From contig CACECP010000001.1 in NCBI GenBank assembly GCA_902558095.1, positions 90,050-154,049 on the forward strand: 64,000 nt of DNA. The letters are read 5' to 3'. Positions within the stretch are counted from its first letter, which is position 1, and each line of letters starts with the position of its first letter. The notes under the pieces were generated by a model, which worked only from the letters and a program-made list of their open reading frames with translations, ran no database searches and had not been told where the DNA came from. Both the position numbers and the translations under genes were made by a program. Of this stretch, positions 56,301 to 64,000 are shown in pieces. This DNA is from an uncultured SAR86 cluster bacterium. Its GTDB lineage: Bacteria; Pseudomonadota; Gammaproteobacteria; Magnimaribacterales; D2472.

Positions 56301-56509
56301 AGTCCACCAGCAGAATATCTACCTGAAGAATCAGTTGTTCTAGTTACAGTAGTATTTGTTGGTTCATAAGTTATCTCAACCTGAGCACCACTAACAGATC
56401 CGCTTGAAGAAGATACTGTACCTGTGATGTCTGAGGTTAATTCTTGTGAGATAAGAAATGGTGAAATAAAGATTGAAAGAAAAGATATTGTTAAAAAATT
56501 CCGGAACAT
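53318..56509 (-). CDS. TonB-dependent receptor with N-terminal carboxypeptidase-regulatory-like domain (TBDR-3)
   Basis: Signal peptide MFRNFLTISFLSIFISPFLIS. An N-terminal beta-sandwich reads ITGTVSS..GAQVEITYEPTN..TDSSGRYSAGGLRPGGPYTIKVSAAGL. A plug and a large barrel follow, ending in QLGFKYNF. The track ORF starts 15 nt earlier (56524). Confidence 0.85.
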   Translation of the reverse strand: MFRNFLTISFLSIFISPFLISQELTSDITGTVSSSSGSVSGAQVEITYEPTNTTVTRTTDSSGRYSAGGLRPGGPYTIKVSAAGLLSDKVTTSLVVGETSRLSFNLKSSTSVDDVVVTAQRITADDGLGFSSTIDAQTIQETPSVTRDIKDLIKLNPLVSLDDAEDDYASISIGGAHPRSNDIKVDGVSFNDDFGLNDNGYPSQRSPINLDAIEQMSVKVAPASVEYSNFRGGIIEFVTKGGTNEFEGSVGYYDRGDQFYGDKIEGKKYTFDKEDTAQSFTFGGPIIKDKAFFYVTYEDTTVTNPVLYGPAGSGAANEQAITLEQVDSLRQLTISKYGWDPLGVASTTESKQENTSLRIDYILNDNHRLTYNYKNTEGDRLRASGSNSSFYFESASYFKGEKTDTSSILLVSDWSDNLISEIYYSNKSTDTSQNSPAGQDVPNFYIDDAYGMRVYLGADIYRSANKLATETDFLKAKLTYYTGNHKITAGYENTTYDIYNVFIVAQDGEWEFDTLADYQAGVASSFSANNAKTGNVDDAAAVFDYGLTSLYVMDEITISDRLSVTAGIRHDEYDSNDAPAKNAAFEQTYGFANAGIDGTSLTNVRLGLDVMIDDVSDLNVTYGTYSAKLPAVWISNAYTNDGVRVSAYNSANAPAGCDPLTSPGSGLPACVQQAIQDAPLTDSKIDFIAPSFEWPDSKILNITYERDLPYNMDISVTYLKSKQEEALYKVIDTGYPLDGDIPTVPTEVAPDGRPIYNMTGRRTYKAGLYNDCCGEREVISATLNKAFRDGDTVLSVSYTGQNNTELSGMTSSTSNSNFGKTGAIDFNNRRAMTSIYETEHRLLATLRSKHYFFGPDKPTTFTLIFERKSGLPAYPTFDTFTGWTGDYKTKAFGYDYNLNDDSSALLYIPTRNDPIVCYSYKCLDEGSADALAREEAVLNLLYNVFGLEGKAGEIADRGSMRFPWQSSLDFKVTQILPGFRDNDEFVITLGIENLLNLIDDDKGVVRYGYYSGRIPVIDLRIVDGTKYDYSRNAYRYSFDDPYNMSLSATQSVWRAQLGFKYNF

Positions 56510-56617
56510 AATGTCACACCCCATTGTGAAAAATTAATCTATATACATAATATATATCAAAAATTAATATTGCACTAATACAATTTAGAAATTTTTATGT
56601 GAAATTAATGTGACTTT

Positions 56618-57865
56618 TTAATTTATCTTAATTTGATCAGATCCAAAATACTTTTCAAGACAGCTAGGGATTTTGATAATATCAGAGCCATCATAATTAT
56701 TTTCAATAAGAGCTATCAAACATCTTCCAACAGCCAGTCCTGAGCCATTAATTGTATGAACAAAATGGTTACCATCTTTAGTTTTATATTTAATATTAGC
56801 TCTTCTAGCTTGAAAATCAGTAAAGTTAGAACAGGATGATATCTCTCTATACTTATTTTGACTAGGCATCCAAACTTCAATATCAAAAGTTTTAGCAGAT
56901 GAAAAACCCAAATCTCCAGTACATAACTCTATAACTTGATAAGGAAGTTCCAATAGATCTAAAATCTGACATGCATTAGATAAAAGATTATCAAGGCATG
57001 TCATAGAGTTCTCAGGTTTTGTTAATTGAACAAGTTCAATTTTCTCAAACTGATGTTGTCTAATTAACCCTCTTGTATCTTTTCCATAACTGCCAGCCTC
57101 AGATCTAAAACATGGGGTGTGAGATGTAACTTTTATTGGTAGCTCATTCTCGTTGACAAACTCATCTCTAAAAAGATTAGTGAGAGGAACTTCTGCAGTT
57201 GGAATCAAATAAAGGTTTTCATTTGCCTTAAATAAATCTTCTTCAAATTTAGGCAGTTGTCCGGTACCGATTAGTGAATCTGCATTAGCCATAAATGGAA
57301 CATAGTATTCTTCATATCCATTTTTTACTGCATTATCGATCATGAAGGAAATCAAAGCTCGTTGTAACTTAGGCAACTCTCCTTTTAATACTGAAAAGCG
57401 AGAGCCAGCTATCTTAGCTGCAATATCAGTATCTATATCGTTAGTAATTTCAAGATGATCTAAAGTATTTTTTGAAGTTATAGAACCATACTTTTTTATA
57501 ACAACGTTATCATTTTCATCCCTACCATTCGGAACAGATTGATCAGGTATATTTGGGATATCAAGTAAAAGATTATTGAGATCTTTTAGAATAGATTGAA
57601 GTTCTTTGTCATTTTCATCTAATTTAGTATTTGTTTCATCAATGATAGTTTTCAATTCATCTACGCTCTCACCTGAAGCCTTGAGCTTCCCAAATTCTGA
57701 TGAAAGTTTTTTTCTATCAGCTTGAAGATCTTCAACAGTAACTTGGAGAACTTTTCTTTTTTTATCTAATGATTTAAAACTATCTTCATCAATATTATAG
57801 CCACGGCTAGATAGCATCTTTTTGATGTCATCAAAATTATCTCTTAAATTTTTTAAATCCAACAT
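56618..57865 (-). CDS. serS: Serine--tRNA ligase
   Basis: 415 aa with an N-terminal coiled-coil arm. Class II motifs are CFRSEAGSYGKDTRGLIRQHQF and NGSGLAVGRCLIALIEN. Confidence 0.95.
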   Translation of the reverse strand: MLDLKNLRDNFDDIKKMLSSRGYNIDEDSFKSLDKKRKVLQVTVEDLQADRKKLSSEFGKLKASGESVDELKTIIDETNTKLDENDKELQSILKDLNNLLLDIPNIPDQSVPNGRDENDNVVIKKYGSITSKNTLDHLEITNDIDTDIAAKIAGSRFSVLKGELPKLQRALISFMIDNAVKNGYEEYYVPFMANADSLIGTGQLPKFEEDLFKANENLYLIPTAEVPLTNLFRDEFVNENELPIKVTSHTPCFRSEAGSYGKDTRGLIRQHQFEKIELVQLTKPENSMTCLDNLLSNACQILDLLELPYQVIELCTGDLGFSSAKTFDIEVWMPSQNKYREISSCSNFTDFQARRANIKYKTKDGNHFVHTINGSGLAVGRCLIALIENNYDGSDIIKIPSCLEKYFGSDQIKIN

Positions 57866-58224
57866 TATTTAGAAATTACAACCCCTGCGTATGTAGCAAA
57901 AATACTTAATATCAAAGTTAGCATTATATATGAAAGAGCAATAATTAAATTCGAATTTGCCATCATAATTGTTTGGTGTGTGAAAGCAGACATTGTTGTA
58001 AATGATCCAAGAAACCCAATTATAAAAAAATAATAAGAACTATCTTTTACTGGAAATGATAAACCTATTAAAAAACCAATAAAAAAACATCCTATAATAT
58101 TTACTAAAAGAGTTGCGTAATGAGAGGATAGCGAAAAAAAATTTTCAATTACTTCATTAACACCAAATCTTGATACAGCTCCTAAGGCTCCTCCGATTCC
58201 GATGTATATGATGTTGTATAACAT
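57865..58224 (-). CDS. crcB: Fluoride ion channel CrcB
   Basis: 119 aa with 4 TM. Motifs are GGALGAVSRF and GFLGSFTTMSAF. Confidence 0.85.
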   Translation of the reverse strand: MLYNIIYIGIGGALGAVSRFGVNEVIENFFSLSSHYATLLVNIIGCFFIGFLIGLSFPVKDSSYYFFIIGFLGSFTTMSAFTHQTIMMANSNLIIALSYIMLTLILSIFATYAGVVISK

Positions 58225-58712
58225 TATTTTTTTGTAAATTTAATTAAATTATTTACTTCCATATTATCTTTAAATTTAATTTGTAATGTATTTTGATCGA
58301 GAAATTCAAAATAAAACTTTGAATTATCTTCAATGATTGAAAAAGAATTTTCATTGAGATTATTAATTTTTGAATTATCAATATCTCCATTAATTATAAA
58401 GTTAACTAAAAAGTTATCTATTTCATCGATTGGAATATTTTTAACTTGATCAAACTCTAAATCATGAATTTCAAGACCTTCTTTATTTAAAAAATAAATT
58501 TCTTTGAATGGTGATTTGACATCAACTCTGACAGAGTTATCAGAATTTCTGACAAATGTACCTTCAGATATATCGTAGTTTTTATCTAATTTATTAAAGC
58601 TAGACTGGATAAAAGATAATTCTGTATTAAAAAATAATTTTAAGTCATCAACAGGTGATGCAAGAATTATTGAGGTATATATAAACAAAAAATTTATATA
58701 AAAATATTTCAA
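58224..58712 (-). CDS. lolA: Outer-membrane lipoprotein carrier LolA (short, divergent)
   Basis: 162 aa with a signal peptide. It shows the pattern F.Q......G.F.....N..R.DV.SPF.E.....K.GL.I.D.EF.QV. Its position between ftsK and serS matches the E. coli ftsK-lolA synteny. Confidence 0.65.
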   Translation of the reverse strand: MKYFYINFLFIYTSIILASPVDDLKLFFNTELSFIQSSFNKLDKNYDISEGTFVRNSDNSVRVDVKSPFKEIYFLNKEGLEIHDLEFDQVKNIPIDEIDNFLVNFIINGDIDNSKINNLNENSFSIIEDNSKFYFEFLDQNTLQIKFKDNMEVNNLIKFTKK

Positions 58713-58713
58713 A

Positions 58714-61017
58714 TTAATCTCTTTTTGGAACCAGGACTTCTCTTGATCCGTTCGAGCTCATCTCGGAAACAAGCCCAGCCTCTTCCATAGTTTCTATTAA
58801 TCTTGCTGCCCTGTTATATCCTATTCTAAGTTTTCTTTGAACAGCAGATATTGAAGCTCTTCTTGAATCAATTACAAAGCTAACTGCCTCATCATATAAT
58901 TCATCTTGCTCATCGGAAGATCCAGTTTCTGTTCCTGACCATCCTGGTATTGGGCCTGTATCTTGATTGGAGGAAATAATATCATCAACATAATTTGGTT
59001 CTGCTCTTGATTTCCAATCGTTAACAACTCTATGAACCTCATCATCACCAACGAAAGCTCCATGAACTCTAACAGGAACACCAACGCCTGGTGGAAGGTA
59101 TAACATATCCCCATATCCAAGAAGTTGTTCTGCACCACCCTGATCTAATATAGTCCTAGAATCAATTTTTGTTGAAACTTGAAAACCAATTCTAGTGGGA
59201 ATATTTGCTTTAATTAAACCGGTGATAACATCAACAGAAGGTCTTTGTGTTGCTAATATTAAATGTATACCCGCAGCTCGGGCTTTTTGTGCAATCCTGG
59301 CAATCAAATGCTCGACTTTCTTTCCAACTAACATCATCATGTCTGCAAACTCGTCAACTACAACAACAATAGATGGAAGAACTTCTAAAAATTCTTCTTC
59401 ATCTTCATTTAATGGATTTAAAATTTGTTTTCCACTTTTGTCAGCTTCTTGTATTTTCTTATTAAAGCTAGCTAGATTACGAACACCCATCATAGACATC
59501 AATTTATATCTTCGATCCATTTCTGCTACACACCATCTAAGACCATTAGATGCATCTGTCATATCGGTTATAACTGGGGTTAATAAGTGAGGAATGCCAT
59601 CATAAACAGCCAACTCTAACATTTTAGGGTCAACTAAAATTAATCTAACGTCTTCAGGATCAGATTTAAATAAAAGACTCAGAAGCATTGCATTAAGGCC
59701 AACTGATTTACCAGAACCAGTTGTTCCAGCTACAAGTAGATGCGGCATTTTAGCCAAATCAACAACAATTGGATTGCCTGAAATATCATGACCTAAAGCT
59801 AAGCTTAAATTTGAAGGTGATGATTTAAAGGCCTTAGAAGATAATATTTCAGTAAGACGTACCATTTTTCTATTAGTATTTGGTATTTCAATACCGACAT
59901 ATGACTTACCCTCTATTACTTCGACAACTCTAACACTACTAACTGATAATGATCTAGCAATATCTTGAGCAATATTTGTAATCTTGCTTGCTTTAGTTCC
60001 TGGTGCTGGCTGAATTTCAAATCTTGTAACTACAGGTCCAGGTAATACAGACTCTACAGTGGCTTCTATGCCAAATTCTAAAAGTTTGGTTTCTAATAAT
60101 GATGCTATTTGGTTTAACTCGGCTTCGGATAATGAACTTCCATCATCAAGCGCTCTATCAAGCAATTCTGTACTAGGCATGACGCTTTTTTCTTTTTTAA
60201 TTTCAGAACTATCAGAACTCTCCGGTTTTGAAACTTCTTTAAGAGGAATCTTTGGTTCAATAGGTAAATCACCCTGCTTTAGATCATTTTTAAGTTCTTG
60301 AGATGGATTTTTATTAAACCCAGATTCAGTAGAAGTTTTAGACTTTGAAGATTTCACTTTCTTAACTTTTGAAGAATCTTGCATTGTATTAACAATTTTT
60401 TTTGAATTGGCAAAAAATGAACTAATAATATTTTTTATTTTGACCAAAAAATTTTTAAATACCTTAAAGCCATATTTGAATGTACTTATTAATAATTTTC
60501 CAAATTGATCTAATTTTTCTAGCCAAGAAAAATTAAAAGAAAAAGAGGTTGTTGGAATTAACAGAACAACTAAGAAAATAAGTGATCCTACACTTCCAAA
60601 CAAGGAAGTTAAAGCTTTTAAAACAATTACCCCGATAGCACCGCCAAAATCATCAGTGATATATAGTTGCCCTACTGAACAAAAACATACAATAAAAAAG
60701 ATTGAGCTTATTAACCTTACAAGGATTTTAGTTAGTGAATTGTTCGGATCTTCATAAAATAATGTTTGAATTGACCATACACACCCTATTAACAGAAGAG
60801 CATATCCACCATATCCGATTAGCGTATATAAAAAATCTGAAATTATTGCTCCAAGTGGACCACCAAGATTTTCTATTGGATCTTCGTTATTATTGATATT
60901 AAACGAGCCTGAGTCACTTGGGTTATATGAAACTAGAGAAATAAATATATACAAAGAAAATGCAATAAGAAAAAAACTAAAAAAATTTAACAGTGTATTT
61001 TTAATATAAGGGGGCAT
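58714..61017 (-). CDS. ftsK: DNA translocase FtsK
   Basis: 767 aa with N-terminal TM helices and a low-complexity linker. Walker A is AGTTGSGKS and Walker B is VVVVDEFAD. The C-terminal gamma winged helix reads [30 protein letters not shown]. Confidence 0.95.
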   Translation of the reverse strand: MPPYIKNTLLNFFSFFLIAFSLYIFISLVSYNPSDSGSFNINNNEDPIENLGGPLGAIISDFLYTLIGYGGYALLLIGCVWSIQTLFYEDPNNSLTKILVRLISSIFFIVCFCSVGQLYITDDFGGAIGVIVLKALTSLFGSVGSLIFLVVLLIPTTSFSFNFSWLEKLDQFGKLLISTFKYGFKVFKNFLVKIKNIISSFFANSKKIVNTMQDSSKVKKVKSSKSKTSTESGFNKNPSQELKNDLKQGDLPIEPKIPLKEVSKPESSDSSEIKKEKSVMPSTELLDRALDDGSSLSEAELNQIASLLETKLLEFGIEATVESVLPGPVVTRFEIQPAPGTKASKITNIAQDIARSLSVSSVRVVEVIEGKSYVGIEIPNTNRKMVRLTEILSSKAFKSSPSNLSLALGHDISGNPIVVDLAKMPHLLVAGTTGSGKSVGLNAMLLSLLFKSDPEDVRLILVDPKMLELAVYDGIPHLLTPVITDMTDASNGLRWCVAEMDRRYKLMSMMGVRNLASFNKKIQEADKSGKQILNPLNEDEEEFLEVLPSIVVVVDEFADMMMLVGKKVEHLIARIAQKARAAGIHLILATQRPSVDVITGLIKANIPTRIGFQVSTKIDSRTILDQGGAEQLLGYGDMLYLPPGVGVPVRVHGAFVGDDEVHRVVNDWKSRAEPNYVDDIISSNQDTGPIPGWSGTETGSSDEQDELYDEAVSFVIDSRRASISAVQRKLRIGYNRAARLIETMEEAGLVSEMSSNGSREVLVPKRD

Positions 61018-61058
61018 ATATTTAAATTATTTAATTATAGTTGTAATTATAGGCATAA

Positions 61059-62036
<978 letters not shown>

Positions 62037-62038
62037 AT

Positions 62039-63022
62039 ATGAAATACAAAGCTTATATTGTTGAAGATAATAATGGAGCATTTAACGGTTCAATCAAAGA
62101 GCTTGAAGTTCCAAAATTAGAAGAAGGAAAAGTTTTAATAAAAGTAATCAATTCATCACTGAATTATAAAGATGCTCTTGCAGCAACAGGTGCTAAAGGG
62201 GTTGTAAAATCATACCCATTTGTTCCTGGTATTGATATTGCTGGCAAAGTAATAGGAAGCTCTTCATTACATTTTACTGAGGGCGATGATGTTATAGCTA
62301 CTGGATATAAAATTGGAATGTCTGAATTTGGTGGTTTTGGAGAAATTGTTCATCTTCCTGAAAATTGGATTTTAAAACTACCAAAAAATTTATCTCATTT
62401 TGATGCCATGAGTTATGGGACTGCAGGATTAACTGCTGCTGCATGCGTTAAAAAGATTCTTGATGCTAATGTAAAAAAAGATCTACCTGTCATAGTATCC
62501 GGAGCAACTGGAGGAGTTGGATCTATTTCTGTTGGATTATTATCTAAACTTGGATATGAGGTTCATGCTGTTACAGGAAAATCATCTGAAATTGAGATAT
62601 TAAAAATTATGGGCGCAACCGAGATTATATCGAGAGATGATTATATGTCTGAGCCGATTAAACCACTTGATAAAGCATTATATTCTGCAGCAGTTGATAC
62701 TGTCGGTGGAGATATATTGGCAAAAATAATCTCAATGGTTTCAAATCATGGTGTTGTATCTTGTTGTGGTAATGTTGGTGGTGCAACATTTAGTTCATCA
62801 GTTTTTCCATTTATATTAAGAGGCATTCAACTATCAGGTATTGATTCTGCTGAATCATCTATCGATCTCAAATCTGAACTATGGAATCTATTATCTGATG
62901 AATGGTCATTAGATTTGGTTAATCAAACTAAAACAATTAAAATTGATGATGTTGGATCTGAAATAAATAAAATTTTAAAGGGCGATCAAATAGGAAGGGT
63001 TGTTATTCAACATGGAGAATAA
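62039..63022 (+). CDS. acuI: YhdH/AcuI-family MDR oxidoreductase (acrylyl-CoA reductase type)
   Basis: 327 aa with SSLNYKDALAATG and FVPGIDIAG as in E. coli YhdH. Nucleotide-binding motif VSGATGGVGS. Confidence 0.75.
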   Translation: MKYKAYIVEDNNGAFNGSIKELEVPKLEEGKVLIKVINSSLNYKDALAATGAKGVVKSYPFVPGIDIAGKVIGSSSLHFTEGDDVIATGYKIGMSEFGGFGEIVHLPENWILKLPKNLSHFDAMSYGTAGLTAAACVKKILDANVKKDLPVIVSGATGGVGSISVGLLSKLGYEVHAVTGKSSEIEILKIMGATEIISRDDYMSEPIKPLDKALYSAAVDTVGGDILAKIISMVSNHGVVSCCGNVGGATFSSSVFPFILRGIQLSGIDSAESSIDLKSELWNLLSDEWSLDLVNQTKTIKIDDVGSEINKILKGDQIGRVVIQHGE

Positions 63023-63024
63023 AC

Positions 63025-63156
63025 ATGAAAGATGAATATAAAGAATTTTTTGAAACAGACGAAAACGATAAAGACAGCAAGAGCGATGCTAAAGTTATCT
63101 TATTCCTGATTGTTGTAGCTGTTATTGCTATGACCTATTGGGTAGCTGTTCAATAG
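63025..63156 (+). CDS. Unannotated 43-codon ORF, small tail-anchored peptide
   Basis: Manual translation: MKDEYKEFFETDENDKDSKSDAKVILFLIVVAVIAMTYWVAVQ. The ATG is 2 nt after the acuI stop, and the ORF fills the space up to the convergent SDR gene. Confidence 0.35.
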   Translation: MKDEYKEFFETDENDKDSKSDAKVILFLIVVAVIAMTYWVAVQ

Positions 63157-63157
63157 T

Positions 63158-63928
63158 TTATCTAGGCTTCATCCTCATACCAGAATCTAATCTAATTGTT
63201 TCACCATTCAGATATGTATTCTCTACTATATGCACTGCTAAATCAGCAAACTCATTAGGCTGGCCAAATCGATGAGGGAACTGGGTTGACTCCAATAAAG
63301 GTTCTCTAACTTTATCTGGTGCTAATTGCATTAAAGGTGTATCAAAAATTCCTGGCGCTATAGTGCAAACTCTTATTGCATGCCTTGCTAAATCTCTAGC
63401 AGCAGTTATTGTTAATCCAATTACACCAGCTTTTGATGCACTATATGCTGATTGACCAATTTGTCCCTCAATACCTGCGATAGAAGCTGTATTAATGATT
63501 ACCCCCTTCTCACCTTTTTGATCAGGCTCATTTTTATCCATTAACTCAGCAGCTATTCTCATGACATTAAAGGTTCCAACAAGATTTAAATTAACTATAA
63601 ATTGAAAGGCATCTAAGGGATGGGGTGCTTCTTTACCTAATATTCTTCCTGGATATCCAGTGCCAGCACAATTAACTGCAATGTGCAGACCTCCAAATTT
63701 TTCTTTTATTTGATTGACTGCCTCTATTACAGGATCTTCTTTCATAATATCAGTAGAGATAAACATAACATTATCTTCTCCCAAATTATTTATTATCTCT
63801 TTGGCTTTATCCTCATTAATATCTAATATTACTGCCTTAGCCTCTTTAGCTACATAAGCTTCTACAGTTGCTTGTCCTAAGCCAGATGCACCACCAGTAA
63901 CAAGAGCTACTTTATCTTTTAATTCCAT
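63158..63928 (-). CDS. SDR-family 3-hydroxyacyl-CoA dehydrogenase type II-like
   Basis: 256 aa with VALVTGGASGLGQAT and catalytic YSASKAG. Resembles HSD17B10/FadB2-type SDRs. Confidence 0.75.
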   Translation of the reverse strand: MELKDKVALVTGGASGLGQATVEAYVAKEAKAVILDINEDKAKEIINNLGEDNVMFISTDIMKEDPVIEAVNQIKEKFGGLHIAVNCAGTGYPGRILGKEAPHPLDAFQFIVNLNLVGTFNVMRIAAELMDKNEPDQKGEKGVIINTASIAGIEGQIGQSAYSASKAGVIGLTITAARDLARHAIRVCTIAPGIFDTPLMQLAPDKVREPLLESTQFPHRFGQPNEFADLAVHIVENTYLNGETIRLDSGMRMKPR

Positions 63929-64000
63929 AATTTACCTCGTAATTATTGATCAAATTATATCTTTATATAGCAATAAATAATATTTATTTTTATTGGCACG

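Noticed and set aside
57865-58712. Fluoride riboswitch upstream of crcB.
   Set aside because: The crcB start overlaps the lolA stop, so there is no leader sequence available.
1621-60301. About 35 short ORFs in the track lie antisense to, or nested out of frame within, much longer well-supported genes. Examples: 1621..2052, 3119..3334, 5000..5239, 9990..10427, 22128..22418, 27935..28276, 29462..29737, 45418..45624, 45520..45732, 58872..59138, 59195..59590.
   Set aside because: Each is fully embedded in a longer ORF with clear family motifs. Their translations are low-complexity (F/L/I/S/K-rich) with no motifs, as expected for random frames in AT-rich DNA.

Overview
The window is strongly AT-rich and very gene-dense. 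It carries about 60 protein genes (many with overlapping stops and starts, some convergent pairs overlapping at their 3' ends) and one tRNA-Ser(UGA). I found no rRNA, CRISPR array, transposase, integrase or prophage.

Gene content and local synteny point to a streamlined marine gammaproteobacterium, possibly SAR86-like. This is an inference from exbB-exbD-msbA, lolC/E-lolD, ftsK-lolA-(crcB)-serS with divergent trxB, three TonB-dependent receptors, two BCCT transporters and many alpha/beta hydrolases. No search was run.

Housekeeping genes recognised: msbA (partial), exbBD, lolC/E and lolD, hemH, trpS, ggt, ydjA, tspO, nupC, serS, crcB, lolA, ftsK, trxB, acuI.

The outstanding region is 20553..29688 on the minus strand, a nine-gene operon with no intergenic gaps.
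- It encodes a second, divergent MotA/ExbB-family channel.
- Two tandem paralogs fuse an ExbD/TolR-like Asp-bearing TM helix to a coiled coil and a vWA domain.
- Other members are a PEGA-repeat protein with an FGE-like domain lacking the catalytic cysteines, a TPR lipoprotein with a TonB-C-like terminus, and a further lipoprotein.
- It also includes a secreted pentapeptide-repeat protein, a two-TM protein, and a 42-codon ORF missing from the ORF track that exactly fills the only apparent gap.
- None of the hallmark partners of Ton, Tol-Pal, flagellar, GldLM, Zorya or Bat systems is present. I treat it as a candidate undescribed proton-motive-force-driven envelope system.

Secondary observations:
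- A duplicated TonB-dependent receptor (TBDR) + TPR-sulfotransferase cassette.
- Strong hairpin terminators directly abutting the next start codon after all three TBDR genes.
- A structured GC-rich leader upstream of one TBDR.
- A PhnZ/COG4341-like HD protein in a lipase/transporter operon.
- A 51-bp tandem duplication at the 3' end of a transporter gene.
- Two more translationally coupled small ORFs.

All family assignments rest on motifs read by eye from the translations. No database search or computation was run.
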